From contig JBHYGA010000001.1 of NCBI GenBank assembly GCA_051859245.1, positions 864,001 to 928,000 of the forward strand: 64,000 nt of DNA, read 5' to 3'. Position 1 is the stretch's first letter, and every line of letters starts with the position of its first letter. Below, in pieces: positions 41,512 through 51,575 of this stretch. The notes under the pieces were generated by a model. That model was not told the origin of the DNA. It saw only the letters and a program-made list of their open reading frames with translations, and made no database searches. The stretch is from Gemmatimonadaceae bacterium. GTDB lineage: Bacteria > Gemmatimonadota > Gemmatimonadetes > Gemmatimonadales > Gemmatimonadaceae. The translations under genes were made by a program, and so were the position numbers.

Positions 41512-42648
41512 ATGACTCAGACTCTTCAGGAACGCATTGCGACCGCCCTTCGGGGCGTGGCGCACCCGCGCAGCGGGACCGACGTGCTCTCCGCCGACGC
41601 CGTTCGCGATATTGGCACCACGACCGATGGCAAGGTCCGCCTGACCGTGCTCCTCGCGGCCGATGACGACGCCGAACTCGTGCGCGAAGTGCGCGACGCC
41701 GTGCAAAGCGTGAGCGGCGTGAGCGACGTACGTGTCGACGTGAAAGACCCGGCCCAGTTTGCCAAGTCACCGCCGCCGGAGCCAGCGCGTCCGGCCTCGC
41801 GATCGTTGCCGGTGATGGATGCCGCACCGGCCGCGCCGCGGAACGTGGCGCCGCCGCCGCAGGTGGCCTACCCGCAGCTCGGGCGAATCATTGCGGTGTC
41901 ATCGGGTAAGGGAGGCGTGGGCAAATCCACCATGGCCGTGAATCTTGCCATCGCGCTCGCGCAGCGCGGTGCACGGGTCGGCATTATGGACGCCGATGTG
42001 TACGGCCCCAATCTCCCACTCATGCTCGGCGTTGATCACGCGCCCGCTGTGCGTGACGAGAAAATCATTCCGCTCGAAGCACATGGCATCAAAGTGATGT
42101 CGATCGGTTTTCTCATCGAAAAAGAGCAGCCGGCGATCTGGCGCGGTCCCATCGTCATGAAAATCATCACGCAATTCCTGCGCGATGTCGCGTGGGGACA
42201 ACTCGACTATTTCCTGGTCGACATGCCACCTGGCACGGGAGACGCGCAGTTGTCGCTCGTGCAAGCGACGTCAGTGCACGGCGCAGTCATCGTCACTACG
42301 CCACAGCAAGTCGCGGTGGGTGACGCGTTGCGTGGTGTGAAAATGTTTGAGCGCACATCGGTACCGGTGCTTGGCATCATCGAAAACATGTCGTGGTTCG
42401 AAAACCCCGAAACGGGCAAGCCGATCGCGTTGTTCGGAACGGGCGGCGGGCAGCGTCTTGCCACCGAGACGGATCTTCCACTGCTCGGGCAAGTGCCGGT
42501 TGATCCGCGCATTCAGGAGGGCGGCGACACCGGACGGCCAATCATTGTGGCCGAGCCCGATTCGAAAGCGGCGCGTGCGATTCGATCGATCGCTGAAGCC
42601 GTCGTCTCGCGCATGGATGCGCGGTGGGGCGCGGTTGCAGGTGCGTAG
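41512..42648 (+). CDS. mrp: Mrp/NBP35 (ApbC) Fe-S carrier ATPase
   Basis: SGKGGVGKST, DADVYGP, WRGP, DMPPGTGD, VTTPQ, ENMS. Confidence 0.93.
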   Translation: MTQTLQERIATALRGVAHPRSGTDVLSADAVRDIGTTTDGKVRLTVLLAADDDAELVREVRDAVQSVSGVSDVRVDVKDPAQFAKSPPPEPARPASRSLPVMDAAPAAPRNVAPPPQVAYPQLGRIIAVSSGKGGVGKSTMAVNLAIALAQRGARVGIMDADVYGPNLPLMLGVDHAPAVRDEKIIPLEAHGIKVMSIGFLIEKEQPAIWRGPIVMKIITQFLRDVAWGQLDYFLVDMPPGTGDAQLSLVQATSVHGAVIVTTPQQVAVGDALRGVKMFERTSVPVLGIIENMSWFENPETGKPIALFGTGGGQRLATETDLPLLGQVPVDPRIQEGGDTGRPIIVAEPDSKAARAIRSIAEAVVSRMDARWGAVAGA

Positions 42649-42668
42649 ATGCTGGCACGCGTGATCTG

Positions 42669-43445
42669 ATGTCCGCGCGCGTCATCACGCTGCTCACGGA
42701 TTTTGGCACCGCCGACGGTTACGTTGGCGAGATGAAAGGCGTGCTCCTATCTCACGCGTCCACCGCGCAACTCGTTGACATCTCCCACGACGTGGCGCCG
42801 CAGGATATTGACGGCGCTCGACTCGCGGTGGCGCGGTACTGGAGACGGTTCCCTCTCGGTACCGTGCACCTGATCGTAGTGGATCCTGACGTCGGCACGG
42901 ATCGCGCGGCGCTCGCCGTGGAGAGTGGCGGACGGTTTCTCGTGGGGCCTGACAACGGCGTGCTGTCGCCCGCGCTATTCGCCCTCGATGCACAGGTCGT
43001 GCGGCTTGAGATACCGGCCTCGGCATCGGCCACGTTTCACGGTCGTGACGTGTTTGCGCCGGCGGCCGCACAGCTCGCGTGCGGCGCGCTCATCACTGAC
43101 CTCGGCGAACCGTGGCATCAACCTGTGCGTCGTCGCACTCCGGAGCCACGCAAGCGACCGGACGGCGCGGTGCAGGGTGAGGTCTTGTCGATCGACCGAT
43201 TCGGGAACGCAATTACCAACCTGTACGCGCGGGCCGACGGTTGGCTCGAAGTGCTCGACACCATGCTTCCGGTTGTTCGGACGTACGCGCAGGTGCCCGA
43301 GGGTACGCGCGTGGGTGTGATCGGCTCCAGCGGGCTGCTCGAAGTCGCCGTGCGAAATGGGAGTGCCGCTCAGGCGTTGCGACTCGTGCGCGGTTCGGCG
43401 GTGGTGTGGCACCCCACACGCCGCGCGGGCGCCGAACGACCGTAG
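42669..43445 (+). CDS. SAM hydroxide adenosyltransferase (DUF62; chlorinase/fluorinase superfamily)
   Basis: ITLLTDFG, VVDPDVGTDR, GPDNG, TFHGRDVFAP, IDRFGN. Confidence 0.88.
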   Translation: MSARVITLLTDFGTADGYVGEMKGVLLSHASTAQLVDISHDVAPQDIDGARLAVARYWRRFPLGTVHLIVVDPDVGTDRAALAVESGGRFLVGPDNGVLSPALFALDAQVVRLEIPASASATFHGRDVFAPAAAQLACGALITDLGEPWHQPVRRRTPEPRKRPDGAVQGEVLSIDRFGNAITNLYARADGWLEVLDTMLPVVRTYAQVPEGTRVGVIGSSGLLEVAVRNGSAAQALRLVRGSAVVWHPTRRAGAERP

Positions 43446-43449
43446 TCGG

Positions 43450-44424
43450 CTACTTCACGCCGGCGTGTTGTTCCGCGGGCGTTGGACGGCGCGCCGCCAC
43501 AACGCCGCTCACAGGAGTCGGCGTGGACCAGTCCGGCTGCGGGGCTGGGGCGCCAGCGGCAACGCGTGCCGGAACAGCGTCGGGCACGCGCAGCCCGCCG
43601 CGCGACCGCACCACCGCGCCAATGCCAACGGTTGCCACAACCCAGCTGGACGCGAGCGCGATAATGCGCGTTGCCAAACCGGCGCCGGGCACGGCCACGA
43701 GCAACGCTGCCGCAAGCCACGGCAGCCAGATCAGGCCGTAGCCGAGAAGGAGCGCGCGAAGTAATCCCGCCCGAGTACGAGCGCGATCGTCGGCGGCGCG
43801 TGCACGGCCGATCACGGCGGCGACAGCCAGTGCGCCGAGCGTGCCCACGCCGGCAATGCCGAGCACGCTCAGAAAGAGCACGATAGGCACGATCAACAGG
43901 CCAATCACCGTGACCGCGAGCGCCAGCAGCATAGCGCCGATTAACGGCAGGGTTATCGTCTGTGCGAGCAGTCCGCGCCAGAACGCACCCGAAACATCGG
44001 CCTCAACCGTACGAATGATTCCTTCGAGCGGGCCAAGCGCGGTGACGAGCACGATGAGGGCGATGACGAGCCCGATGATCATCACGCCGCCCACCTGCGC
44101 CAGGGCGCTGCCCGTGCGGGCAGCCGCTGATTGCGGTGCACTCTCCGCGCCACCGCGACGCTTGGCGAGCAGCGAATCAATGCGCTCGGCCAGGCCCGGG
44201 GAAAACTGACGCGTTGCTTCGATGACTCTGGCGGCTACAAGCTGTGAGAGCGATCGCAGCGCCTCGCCCGGACTGAAAAGCGCGTCCGATGCCACGACGG
44301 CAACGCCAACCGCCTGCGCAGCGCTGCGTGACGATTGCGCGCTCACATCTCGCCCCGAAAGCACCAGCATTCCAACAAGAATGCCGAACAGACGCAGCGG
44401 TCGGAGCAAACGCCGCGTGAACAT
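43450..44424 (-). CDS. Hypothetical multi-pass membrane protein in the ECF operon
   Basis: Signal-like N-terminus and about 5-6 hydrophobic helices; start overlaps the anti-sigma stop. Confidence 0.7.
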   Translation of the reverse strand: MFTRRLLRPLRLFGILVGMLVLSGRDVSAQSSRSAAQAVGVAVVASDALFSPGEALRSLSQLVAARVIEATRQFSPGLAERIDSLLAKRRGGAESAPQSAAARTGSALAQVGGVMIIGLVIALIVLVTALGPLEGIIRTVEADVSGAFWRGLLAQTITLPLIGAMLLALAVTVIGLLIVPIVLFLSVLGIAGVGTLGALAVAAVIGRARAADDRARTRAGLLRALLLGYGLIWLPWLAAALLVAVPGAGLATRIIALASSWVVATVGIGAVVRSRGGLRVPDAVPARVAAGAPAPQPDWSTPTPVSGVVAARRPTPAEQHAGVK

Positions 44425-45011
44425 CAGGACTGCCGACTACGAGCCGTTGTGAGAGCCCGCAGTCCGGCCACGGCAGCGCCGGCCACCACAAGGAACCCCA
44501 CACCCGCTCCGAGCGCGACCATCGGCCCACCCGCGGCCCAAGCCTCGAGGCCGGTTTGTCCGACTGCGGCCAGAATGAGATCGGAAACAGCGGCGTTCGC
44601 AGACGCGCGGGCCTCTTCCAGACCAACGTTGGCCATCAACAAGCCGATGTCGGCCCGGTTGACCGCCCAGACGGCACCTGACACCAGCACGGCTGCGGAA
44701 GCCGCAGTGGCCAGACCGGCGGCGACCTGCGCAGGGCGGGTGGCCGGCACAAATCGAAGCACGCTATTTCGGGCGGCCACGTGCCACGGCTCAAACACCT
44801 GCACCTGACTCATGACGCGGTTCGTGAAATCGACAGAGGGCACGAAATGCGGCAGGTCTTCGAGGACCAGCAGCACGGCGCGCGCCTGTTCGAGTTCGCC
44901 CTGACATTCGAGGCACTCTTTCACGTGCTCCCGGAGGGGTTTCACGCCAAAGCCCACCTCGGTGTCGAGGAGAAGATCAATTTCGTCTGGTCGCAGGTGT
45001 CGTTCTAGCAT
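44424..45011 (-). CDS. Zinc-binding anti-sigma factor (ZAS, RsiW-like)
   Basis: H-x3-C-x2-C (HVKECLEC), FTNRVM, two TM helices; downstream of an ECF sigma gene. Confidence 0.82.
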   Translation of the reverse strand: MLERHLRPDEIDLLLDTEVGFGVKPLREHVKECLECQGELEQARAVLLVLEDLPHFVPSVDFTNRVMSQVQVFEPWHVAARNSVLRFVPATRPAQVAAGLATAASAAVLVSGAVWAVNRADIGLLMANVGLEEARASANAAVSDLILAAVGQTGLEAWAAGGPMVALGAGVGFLVVAGAAVAGLRALTTARSRQS

Positions 45012-45041
45012 TTATCTACCAAGTGAGGCTCCTTCGGGGCG

Positions 45042-45068
45042 TACGGCCCTGTCCGGCTGGCGGTTTCA
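45042..45068 (-). promoter_or_regulatory. Putative ECF (SigW/SigM-type) promoter upstream of the anti-sigma gene
   Basis: Minus strand TGAAAC-N17-CGTA. Confidence 0.55.
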
Positions 45069-45127
45069 CATCTGTTTCACAAAAAGTCCGGTGCCTCTAC
45101 GGCGAGACGTCCCGCGTGTAATTCCGG

Positions 45128-45730
45128 TCACTCATTGATCCCCTCAAGCGCACGCCGCAGCTCGTGGCGCGCCCGGTGGATGTAGGTCTTGACCGTTCCA
45201 AGGGGCAGGTCGAGCGTGGACGCAATTTCCTCGTAGGAACGACCTTCCACGTGCCGTAGCATGATGCAGGCGCGGTATTCCGGGCGCAGCAGGCCGATGG
45301 CGGATTCAATGGCGTCGCCAAGTTCGCGCGCCTCCATTTCGTCGAGCGCGCTTTCCTGATCCGAGGCAACGTCAAAGGTGGAGGCTTCCACCTCGGCGGC
45401 ACTCGACGCGTGTGGCGAACCATCCATGCTCACCGTGTCGAGGCGACGACGACGCAAATGGTCAATCGCGACGTTGTTGGCAATCTTGAACACCCAGCTC
45501 GAAAACTTGAACTCCGGGCTGTAGCGATCAATGTGGTTGAGCACTTTGATGAAGGCGTCCTGCGCCAGATCCTCGGCGGTTTCGCGGTCGCGCACCATGC
45601 GATACACCAGCGAGAACACTGGGCGTTCGTATCGGCGCACGAGTTCACGGAACGCGATTTCGCGCCCCTCCTGTGCGAGGCGTACGACATCCGCGTCCGG
45701 AAGCGAGACCAGCTGTTCGTTGGTAGGCAT
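45128..45730 (-). CDS. ECF RNA polymerase sigma factor (SigW-like)
   Basis: Region 2 AEDLAQDAFIK...FSSWVFKIANN.AIDHLR; region 4 SYEEIA..LDLPLGTVKTYIHRAR. Confidence 0.95.
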   Translation of the reverse strand: MPTNEQLVSLPDADVVRLAQEGREIAFRELVRRYERPVFSLVYRMVRDRETAEDLAQDAFIKVLNHIDRYSPEFKFSSWVFKIANNVAIDHLRRRRLDTVSMDGSPHASSAAEVEASTFDVASDQESALDEMEARELGDAIESAIGLLRPEYRACIMLRHVEGRSYEEIASTLDLPLGTVKTYIHRARHELRRALEGINE

Positions 45731-45846
45731 CAGGGCGACGTCAAGGTAGTCCCACGCTCAGCGCGGGACCAGCGGTCAGCGCAGACGGACGTGCGCAAGT
45801 CGTTGCGATCGCTTGCTCGCACGCTGACGTGCGGCGAGTTTTGAGG

Positions 45847-46641
45847 ATGGTACCACCAGTGATTTCCGGCCCGCCGGCGACCCCGGAACAGCGGGCCCAA
45901 TCGAGCGATGCCTCGCGTGACGCCGCCGCGGCTGCCGCAGCGGGCGAGGGGAAGCGCGCGTACGTGCAGCGCATGTTCAGTGAGATCGCACCGCGCTACG
46001 ATCTGCTGAATCATGTGCTGTCCCTGAACATTGATCGCGCCTGGCGTCGGAAGGCCTTGCGCGCTCTGGCGTGGGATCGGGCGCCCAACGGGTTCTATCT
46101 CGACCTGTGCGCTGGCACGCTCGACGTTGGTGCCATGCTGATTAAACAGACCGGTTTCGGCGGACGCGTGATCGGGGCCGACTTCGCCGTGCCGATGCTG
46201 CGACACGGCGCTGGCAAGGCACCCGCAGATCGACTCACGCCGGTGGGTGCCGACGCGCTGGCGTTGCCCGTGGCGGATCGGGCGCTCGATGGAGCGATTG
46301 TGGCCTTTGGGATTCGCAACGTGGCGGATCTCGATGCCGGACTGCGCGAAGTGCGTCGTGTGCTCAAACCGGGTGCACGGTTTGTGATTCTGGAGTTCAG
46401 TACGCCGCCGTCGCGTCTGGTGCGCGCTGGATATCACGCCTATTTCCACCACGTGTTGCCTGCAGTGGGTCGCATGGTGAGCGGACACGGTTCGGCGTAC
46501 ACGTACTTGCCGATGTCAGTGGCGCATTTTCCCACGGAACAATCGCTGGCCGACCGCATGTTGAAGGCCGGATTCCGCGATGTGTCGTGGCAGCGCGTAA
46601 GCTTTGGAATCGCGGCGATTCACGTTGGCGTTGCTCCGTGA
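45847..46641 (+). CDS. ubiE: Demethylmenaquinone methyltransferase (MenG/UbiE)
   Basis: MFSEIAPRYDLLNHVLS, LDLCAGT, AFGIRNV, RVLKPG, AYTYLP. Confidence 0.92.
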   Translation: MVPPVISGPPATPEQRAQSSDASRDAAAAAAAGEGKRAYVQRMFSEIAPRYDLLNHVLSLNIDRAWRRKALRALAWDRAPNGFYLDLCAGTLDVGAMLIKQTGFGGRVIGADFAVPMLRHGAGKAPADRLTPVGADALALPVADRALDGAIVAFGIRNVADLDAGLREVRRVLKPGARFVILEFSTPPSRLVRAGYHAYFHHVLPAVGRMVSGHGSAYTYLPMSVAHFPTEQSLADRMLKAGFRDVSWQRVSFGIAAIHVGVAP

Positions 46642-46677
46642 GTTGGCGTGTGTGTGTGTCTTCAACCCAGTGTTGAC

Positions 46678-48183
46678 GTGTCACTCGATACTCTGTCGGA
46701 ATTTATTGCGGCCATCGACAAGGCCGGTGAGTTGCATCGCATCACACATCCGGTGCGCGTTCATCTTGAACTGTGTGAGATTGCGGATCGTGTGATGAAG
46801 CTGCCGGGCGGTGGGCCGGCGCTGCTCTTTGAGCATCCCGTGCTGCGCGACGGGACGCGATCGGCGATGCCCGTGGCCATCAATCTGTTCGGTTCGATGC
46901 GACGCATGTCGCTCGCGCTTGGCGTTGACGATCTCGACATCGTTGGCAATCGCATCACGCAACTGCTCGATCTCAAGGTGCCCGACGGATTGTTCGCGAA
47001 GCTCGGACTCGTCTCGCGGTTGTTCGAAGTGAGCAAGTTTCCGCCGCGCACCAGCAGCAGCGGAACACCCGCGTGTCAGGAAATTGTGTGGCGCGGCGAC
47101 GAAGTCGATCTCGACAAGCTACCGATCATTACCTGTTGGCCGGAGGACGGTGGACCATACGTGACGCTCACGATGGTCATCTCCAAAGATCCGGCGCGCG
47201 GCATTCGCAACGTGGGGATGTATCGCGTACAGCAGCTTGGCAAACGTGACGTGGCCATGCACTGGCAGCGGCACAAAACGGGCGCTGAACATTTGCGCGT
47301 CATGGCTGAGCGTGGCGAAAAAATGCCCGTGTGCATTGCCGTTGGCGCGGATCCGGCCAGCATGTACAGTGCGTCCGCGCCGCTGCCGCCTATGATTGAC
47401 GAGTTCATCTTCGCCGGATTTTTGCGCAAGTCACCCGTGAAGCTGGTCAAGGCCGTGACGTGCGATCTCGAAGTGCCGGCCGATGCAGACCTTGTGATCG
47501 AAGGCTACATCGATCCGGCCGAAGCACTGGTTATGGAAGGGCCATTTGGTGATCACACGGGATATTACAGCGAAGCCGATCTGTATCCGCGTGTGCACGT
47601 GACGGCGGTAACGATGCGCAAGCAGGCCACGTACGCCACCACGATTGTGGGCAAGCCGCCCATGGAAGACTTCTATCTCGGACACGCCACCGAGCGCATC
47701 TTCTTGCCGCTGCTCAAACTCACGTGTCCGGAGATCGTGGACTACCACATGCCGGCTGAAGGTGGATTTCACAATCTTGTGTTTGTGTCCATCGACAAGC
47801 GATATCCTGGGCATGCAGACAAGGTGATGCACGCACTCTGGGGCGCGGGGCTCATGTCGCTGGCGAAAGTGCTCGTGGTACTGGATCACGATGTAAATGT
47901 GCGCAACACGACCGAAGCCTGGTGGGCGGCGCTCAATAACATGGATCCGGATCGTGATACGCGATTTACGATGGGTCCGGTTGACGTGCTGGATCACGCG
48001 AGTCGTGCTTTCACGTATGGCAGCAAGATGGGAATTGACGCCACGCGCAAATGGACTGAAGAAGGCGCCACGCGTCCGTGGCCGAAAATGATCTCCATGG
48101 ACGAGACCACGAAAACGAGTGTTGACGCCATGTGGAGCAAGCTCGGTCTGCCGGCGATCGGCGCGAAGGCTGGATCGAGGTGA
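46678..48183 (+). CDS. ubiD: UbiD-family prFMN-dependent decarboxylase (menaquinone biosynthesis type)
   Basis: EDGGPY, RNVGMYR, MHWQRHK, EGPFGDHTGYY, KMGIDAT. Confidence 0.92.
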   Translation: MSLDTLSEFIAAIDKAGELHRITHPVRVHLELCEIADRVMKLPGGGPALLFEHPVLRDGTRSAMPVAINLFGSMRRMSLALGVDDLDIVGNRITQLLDLKVPDGLFAKLGLVSRLFEVSKFPPRTSSSGTPACQEIVWRGDEVDLDKLPIITCWPEDGGPYVTLTMVISKDPARGIRNVGMYRVQQLGKRDVAMHWQRHKTGAEHLRVMAERGEKMPVCIAVGADPASMYSASAPLPPMIDEFIFAGFLRKSPVKLVKAVTCDLEVPADADLVIEGYIDPAEALVMEGPFGDHTGYYSEADLYPRVHVTAVTMRKQATYATTIVGKPPMEDFYLGHATERIFLPLLKLTCPEIVDYHMPAEGGFHNLVFVSIDKRYPGHADKVMHALWGAGLMSLAKVLVVLDHDVNVRNTTEAWWAALNNMDPDRDTRFTMGPVDVLDHASRAFTYGSKMGIDATRKWTEEGATRPWPKMISMDETTKTSVDAMWSKLGLPAIGAKAGSR

Positions 48184-49163
48184 GCACACCCGCTGGAGTT
48201 CCGCTTCCGCCGGGCGCGCGCGACGGTCAGACGTTTGACGGTACCTCATTACCGGTGCGGCTGGCCAACTTTGTGAAGCTGCCACACACGGTGTTCGGTT
48301 TGCCGTTTGCGCTCGTGGGGGTGTGCTTTGCGAGCGCCGTGGTCGCACCGACGTGGAGCGTGATTGGATGGGTGCTCGTCGCGTTTACCGCAGCACGCTT
48401 CGCCGGCATGGGATTCAATCGCATTGTGGACCGCGATGTGGACGCGATCAATCCGCGTACGGCGATGCGTGAGATTCCACGCGGCGCGCTGACTGTGGCG
48501 CAGGCCACAACTGCGGTCGGTGTGATGAGCGTGCTCTTTGTGGTTGCGTCCTGGCAACTGAACACACTGTGTTTGTGGCTTTCGCCAGTCGCACTGCTGT
48601 GGGTGCTGGGGTACAGCTACACCAAACGCTTCACACGCTGGTCGCATTTGTGGCTCGGCCTCGGCTTGAGCATTTCACCAGTGGGCGGGTACCTCGCGGT
48701 GACCGGCGCGTGGAGTGATCCGTGGTGGCTCTTGTGCGCGCTCTCGCTGGCCGTGGTCACATGGACTGGTGGTTTTGATATTCTGTACGCGTTGCAGGAC
48801 GCGGAGTTTGATCGACGTCAGGGGCTGCATTCGTTGCCGTCGGCGATTGGTGTGTCGAATGCCATCACGGTGGCACGCACGCTGCACGTACTCACAGTGG
48901 TGTGTCTCGCCGTGGTGGTTGCAGCCGATCCGCTGCAGCTAAGCGGCCGCGATGGCGCGGAGTTCGCACAGGCCACGTTGCGGGTAGGCGTGGTACTCGC
49001 CGCGCTGCTGCTGGTGTGGGAACATCGCCTGGTCAAAGCGGACGATCTCAACAAGCTCGACGCCGCGTTCTTTACGATGAACGGAATCATCTCGATGGTG
49101 TTTTTTGTGTGCGTATTGGCGGCCACTTTGATGGGTCGCGGCCTCATACCGGTGCTCACATGA
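48180..49163 (+). CDS. ubiA: UbiA-like polyprenyltransferase (MqnP-like)
   Basis: KLPHTVFGLPFA, NRIVDRDVDAINPRT, YSYTKRF, GFDILYALQD, AFFTMNG. Confidence 0.88.
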   Translation: MSTPAGVPLPPGARDGQTFDGTSLPVRLANFVKLPHTVFGLPFALVGVCFASAVVAPTWSVIGWVLVAFTAARFAGMGFNRIVDRDVDAINPRTAMREIPRGALTVAQATTAVGVMSVLFVVASWQLNTLCLWLSPVALLWVLGYSYTKRFTRWSHLWLGLGLSISPVGGYLAVTGAWSDPWWLLCALSLAVVTWTGGFDILYALQDAEFDRRQGLHSLPSAIGVSNAITVARTLHVLTVVCLAVVVAADPLQLSGRDGAEFAQATLRVGVVLAALLLVWEHRLVKADDLNKLDAAFFTMNGIISMVFFVCVLAATLMGRGLIPVLT

Positions 49164-49762
49164 GCGCGCGATTGCCGGTGGTGCTGGCGATCACGGGGGC
49201 GAGCGGCGCGCCGTACGCGGTGCGATTGCTTGAGGCACTCGTACAGTTGCAGGTGCCGACCTGGCTCATTGTCTCGTCGCACGGGTGGCGGCTGCTGGAA
49301 ACCGAATCGGGAATCTCCAATCTCGATGCGCTGCGCATTTTTGTCGGCGTCGATGCATTCAACGCGCACGTCACTGTTTTTGATGACAATGATCGTGGTG
49401 CGAAGCCTGCCTCCGGCTCGGCGCGCACGTCTGGAATGGTTGTTTGCCCTTGCAGCATGGGCACCGTCAGTGCGATTGCGCACGGTACGTCACGCTCGCT
49501 GGTGGAGCGCGCTGCGGATGTGACGCTGAAAGAGCGTCGACGTTTGTTGCTGGTCCCTCGGGAGACGCCGCTGTCGCTCGTGCATTTGGAAAACATGATC
49601 GCGGTGACGCGTGCCGGAGCGATTGTGCTCCCGGCGGCACCGGGGTTTTACCATCAACCGCAGCAGATCAACGAGCTCGTCGATTTCATTGTGGCCCGAA
49701 TTCTGGACCAGCTGGAAATTGAACACTCGATCGGTCGTCGCTGGGGAGCCCCAATCGAATGA
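49160..49762 (+). CDS. ubiX: Flavin prenyltransferase
   Basis: AITGASG, ASGS, PCSMGT, RAADVTLKERR, PRETP. Confidence 0.95.
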   Translation: MSARLPVVLAITGASGAPYAVRLLEALVQLQVPTWLIVSSHGWRLLETESGISNLDALRIFVGVDAFNAHVTVFDDNDRGAKPASGSARTSGMVVCPCSMGTVSAIAHGTSRSLVERAADVTLKERRRLLLVPRETPLSLVHLENMIAVTRAGAIVLPAAPGFYHQPQQINELVDFIVARILDQLEIEHSIGRRWGAPIE

Positions 49763-50265
49763 GTCCAGTTCCCATGGAAGGACGCGGCGCGGAACACGTC
49801 GTGATCGGCCTTATCTCGGATACGCACGGTCTGGTACGCCCCGAAGTGTTCGCGGCGTTGAGTGGCGTGAGTGAAATCCTGCACGCTGGCGATGTCGGTC
49901 CCGCCGCTATCCTGGCCGAACTCGGAACGATTGCACCGATTCGCGCCGTCTCCGGTAACACCGACGAACCAGGCCGGCCCGATCTCACCGATCGCATTGA
50001 AGTTACGATCAGTGGGATTCGTGTGGTGGTCACACACGGCCACGAGCTTGGCGCGCCCACGCCCGAAGCACTCGTGGCGCGATATCCAAACGCCGAAGTG
50101 ATTGTGTACGGCCACACACACAAGTCGCTCGTGACCCGCGTAGGCAATACGCTGGTGGTCAACCCCGGTGCCGCCGGCCCCAAACGCTTTGAACTCACGC
50201 CCAGCGTTGCGCGGCTGAACATCGCGCGTGGCAGTGCCAACGTGGAGATCGTACCGCTCTGCTAG
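49759..50265 (+). CDS. YfcE/MJ0936-family metallophosphoesterase
   Basis: ISDTHG, HAGD, GNTD, THGH, GHTH, NPG. Confidence 0.9.
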   Translation: MSPVPMEGRGAEHVVIGLISDTHGLVRPEVFAALSGVSEILHAGDVGPAAILAELGTIAPIRAVSGNTDEPGRPDLTDRIEVTISGIRVVVTHGHELGAPTPEALVARYPNAEVIVYGHTHKSLVTRVGNTLVVNPGAAGPKRFELTPSVARLNIARGSANVEIVPLC

Positions 50266-50269
50266 GCGC

Positions 50270-51418
50270 TTACAAGAGCTCGCGAACCGTTGGCGCCGTT
50301 CGCGAGCTCTCTTCCGCACGCGTACGAAACCAGTGCTCAAGCAACGTCAGCTCTTCCAGTGCATCAACGGTGAGCGCCGTGGCGGTTGATACGGGGCGCG
50401 CCTCGAGCGCGAGCAACTGGTCGATGCCGTCGAAATCGCGCACCGCCGACTCGCCGATCACGCGCCCGTCGCGAATGAGGTAGAGGCGATCGTTACCGCC
50501 GGCGCCGGGCACTCGATACGCGAAGGATGGTCGCTGCAGTGCTTCACGCACTCGCGCGAGCTGGGCGTTGAGTGTTTCGAGTGCCGCAAGTCGGTCTCGC
50601 AACCAGCCGGCGCGCTCGTACGAAAGTTGTGCACTGGCCACTGCCATATCGCGTTCGAGCGCTTCTTGCGGTTCATCGCTCGTGCCACGCAAGAACGCCT
50701 GCGCGCGAGTGAGCTGAACATGATATTCCGCGTGCGTGCAGGCCGCGACGCACGGCCCAAGGCAGCGTTTGGTTTCGTACCGGTGACACGATGGCGTGCG
50801 CGCGTACGCGGCATCATCCGCAAAAAAATCGCCACTGTCGCGCAATACCATGGGCACGCGATCGGCGCAGTCGCGCAATCCGAGGGCGTCGTTGAGTACG
50901 CGCACCGCTGACACGAGCGGTGTGCGGTGCGCGAAGGGACCAATCACGGTGCTGGCAGCGCCGCCGCGCGACGAGGCAACCACGCTGGCCCGCTGTACGC
51001 GCAGTCGCGGGACGGCCCCTCGAGGAATCACGATCACCCACCATTTATCCAATGGCCGGGCGCCACGCCGATTGTATTCTGGCAGATGCGCACGAATGAG
51101 ACGTGTTTCCCGCAGCAGCGCCGCAAACTCGTTGGGCGACGATTCCCATTCAATATGCGCCGTTTCCCTGAGCATACGGGCGTGACGATGTTCGGGCCAC
51201 GGCAGCCGAAAGTATGACAGGAGTCGCGTTCGGAGTTGGCGCGACTTGCCAACATACAACACGTTGCCGCGGGCGCCGAGCATGCGATACACGCCGGGGA
51301 CATTCTTTGCGTCTCGGCGAACCAGCTCGCGCAGGGGCGACGCATCGAGCCGCGGCGGGGCCTCAAGAAACGAAAACTGAAGCGCGGCCGGCTTCTGGTT
51401 GAACGCGTGTCCGAACAT
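50270..51418 (-). CDS. GIY-YIG excinuclease resembling the UvrC N-terminal half (Cho-like)
   Basis: PGVYRM...LYVGKS..LRTRLLSYF, PEYNR, four-Cys cluster (LRDC...SCHRYETKRCLGPC), UVR coiled coil; no RNase H or HhH domain. Confidence 0.85.
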   Translation of the reverse strand: MFGHAFNQKPAALQFSFLEAPPRLDASPLRELVRRDAKNVPGVYRMLGARGNVLYVGKSRQLRTRLLSYFRLPWPEHRHARMLRETAHIEWESSPNEFAALLRETRLIRAHLPEYNRRGARPLDKWWVIVIPRGAVPRLRVQRASVVASSRGGAASTVIGPFAHRTPLVSAVRVLNDALGLRDCADRVPMVLRDSGDFFADDAAYARTPSCHRYETKRCLGPCVAACTHAEYHVQLTRAQAFLRGTSDEPQEALERDMAVASAQLSYERAGWLRDRLAALETLNAQLARVREALQRPSFAYRVPGAGGNDRLYLIRDGRVIGESAVRDFDGIDQLLALEARPVSTATALTVDALEELTLLEHWFRTRAEESSRTAPTVRELL

Positions 51419-51575
51419 AAGCCGAAGATAGGTCGTAGGCGCTCAGCGGGCAATACGTAGTTGGCGCGGAGAGTTACTACGTCATTCGACCTATGCCGTA
51501 CCCCTTCGACGGAGGGCAGTATTCCGCGTAGGATTCCCGAGGGTCGGCGGCTGTCTGTCTCGCTGGCCACGCCTG

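Noticed and set aside
42669..43445. Possible halogenase (fluorinase/chlorinase)
   Set aside because: It retains the Asp-Arg-His residues typical of DUF62 SAM hydrolases and sits in a housekeeping context, not a biosynthetic cluster.
46648..46659. (GT)6 microsatellite between ubiE and ubiD as a phase-variation tract
   Set aside because: Short, probably outside the true coding frame (likely start 46678), and in a housekeeping operon.
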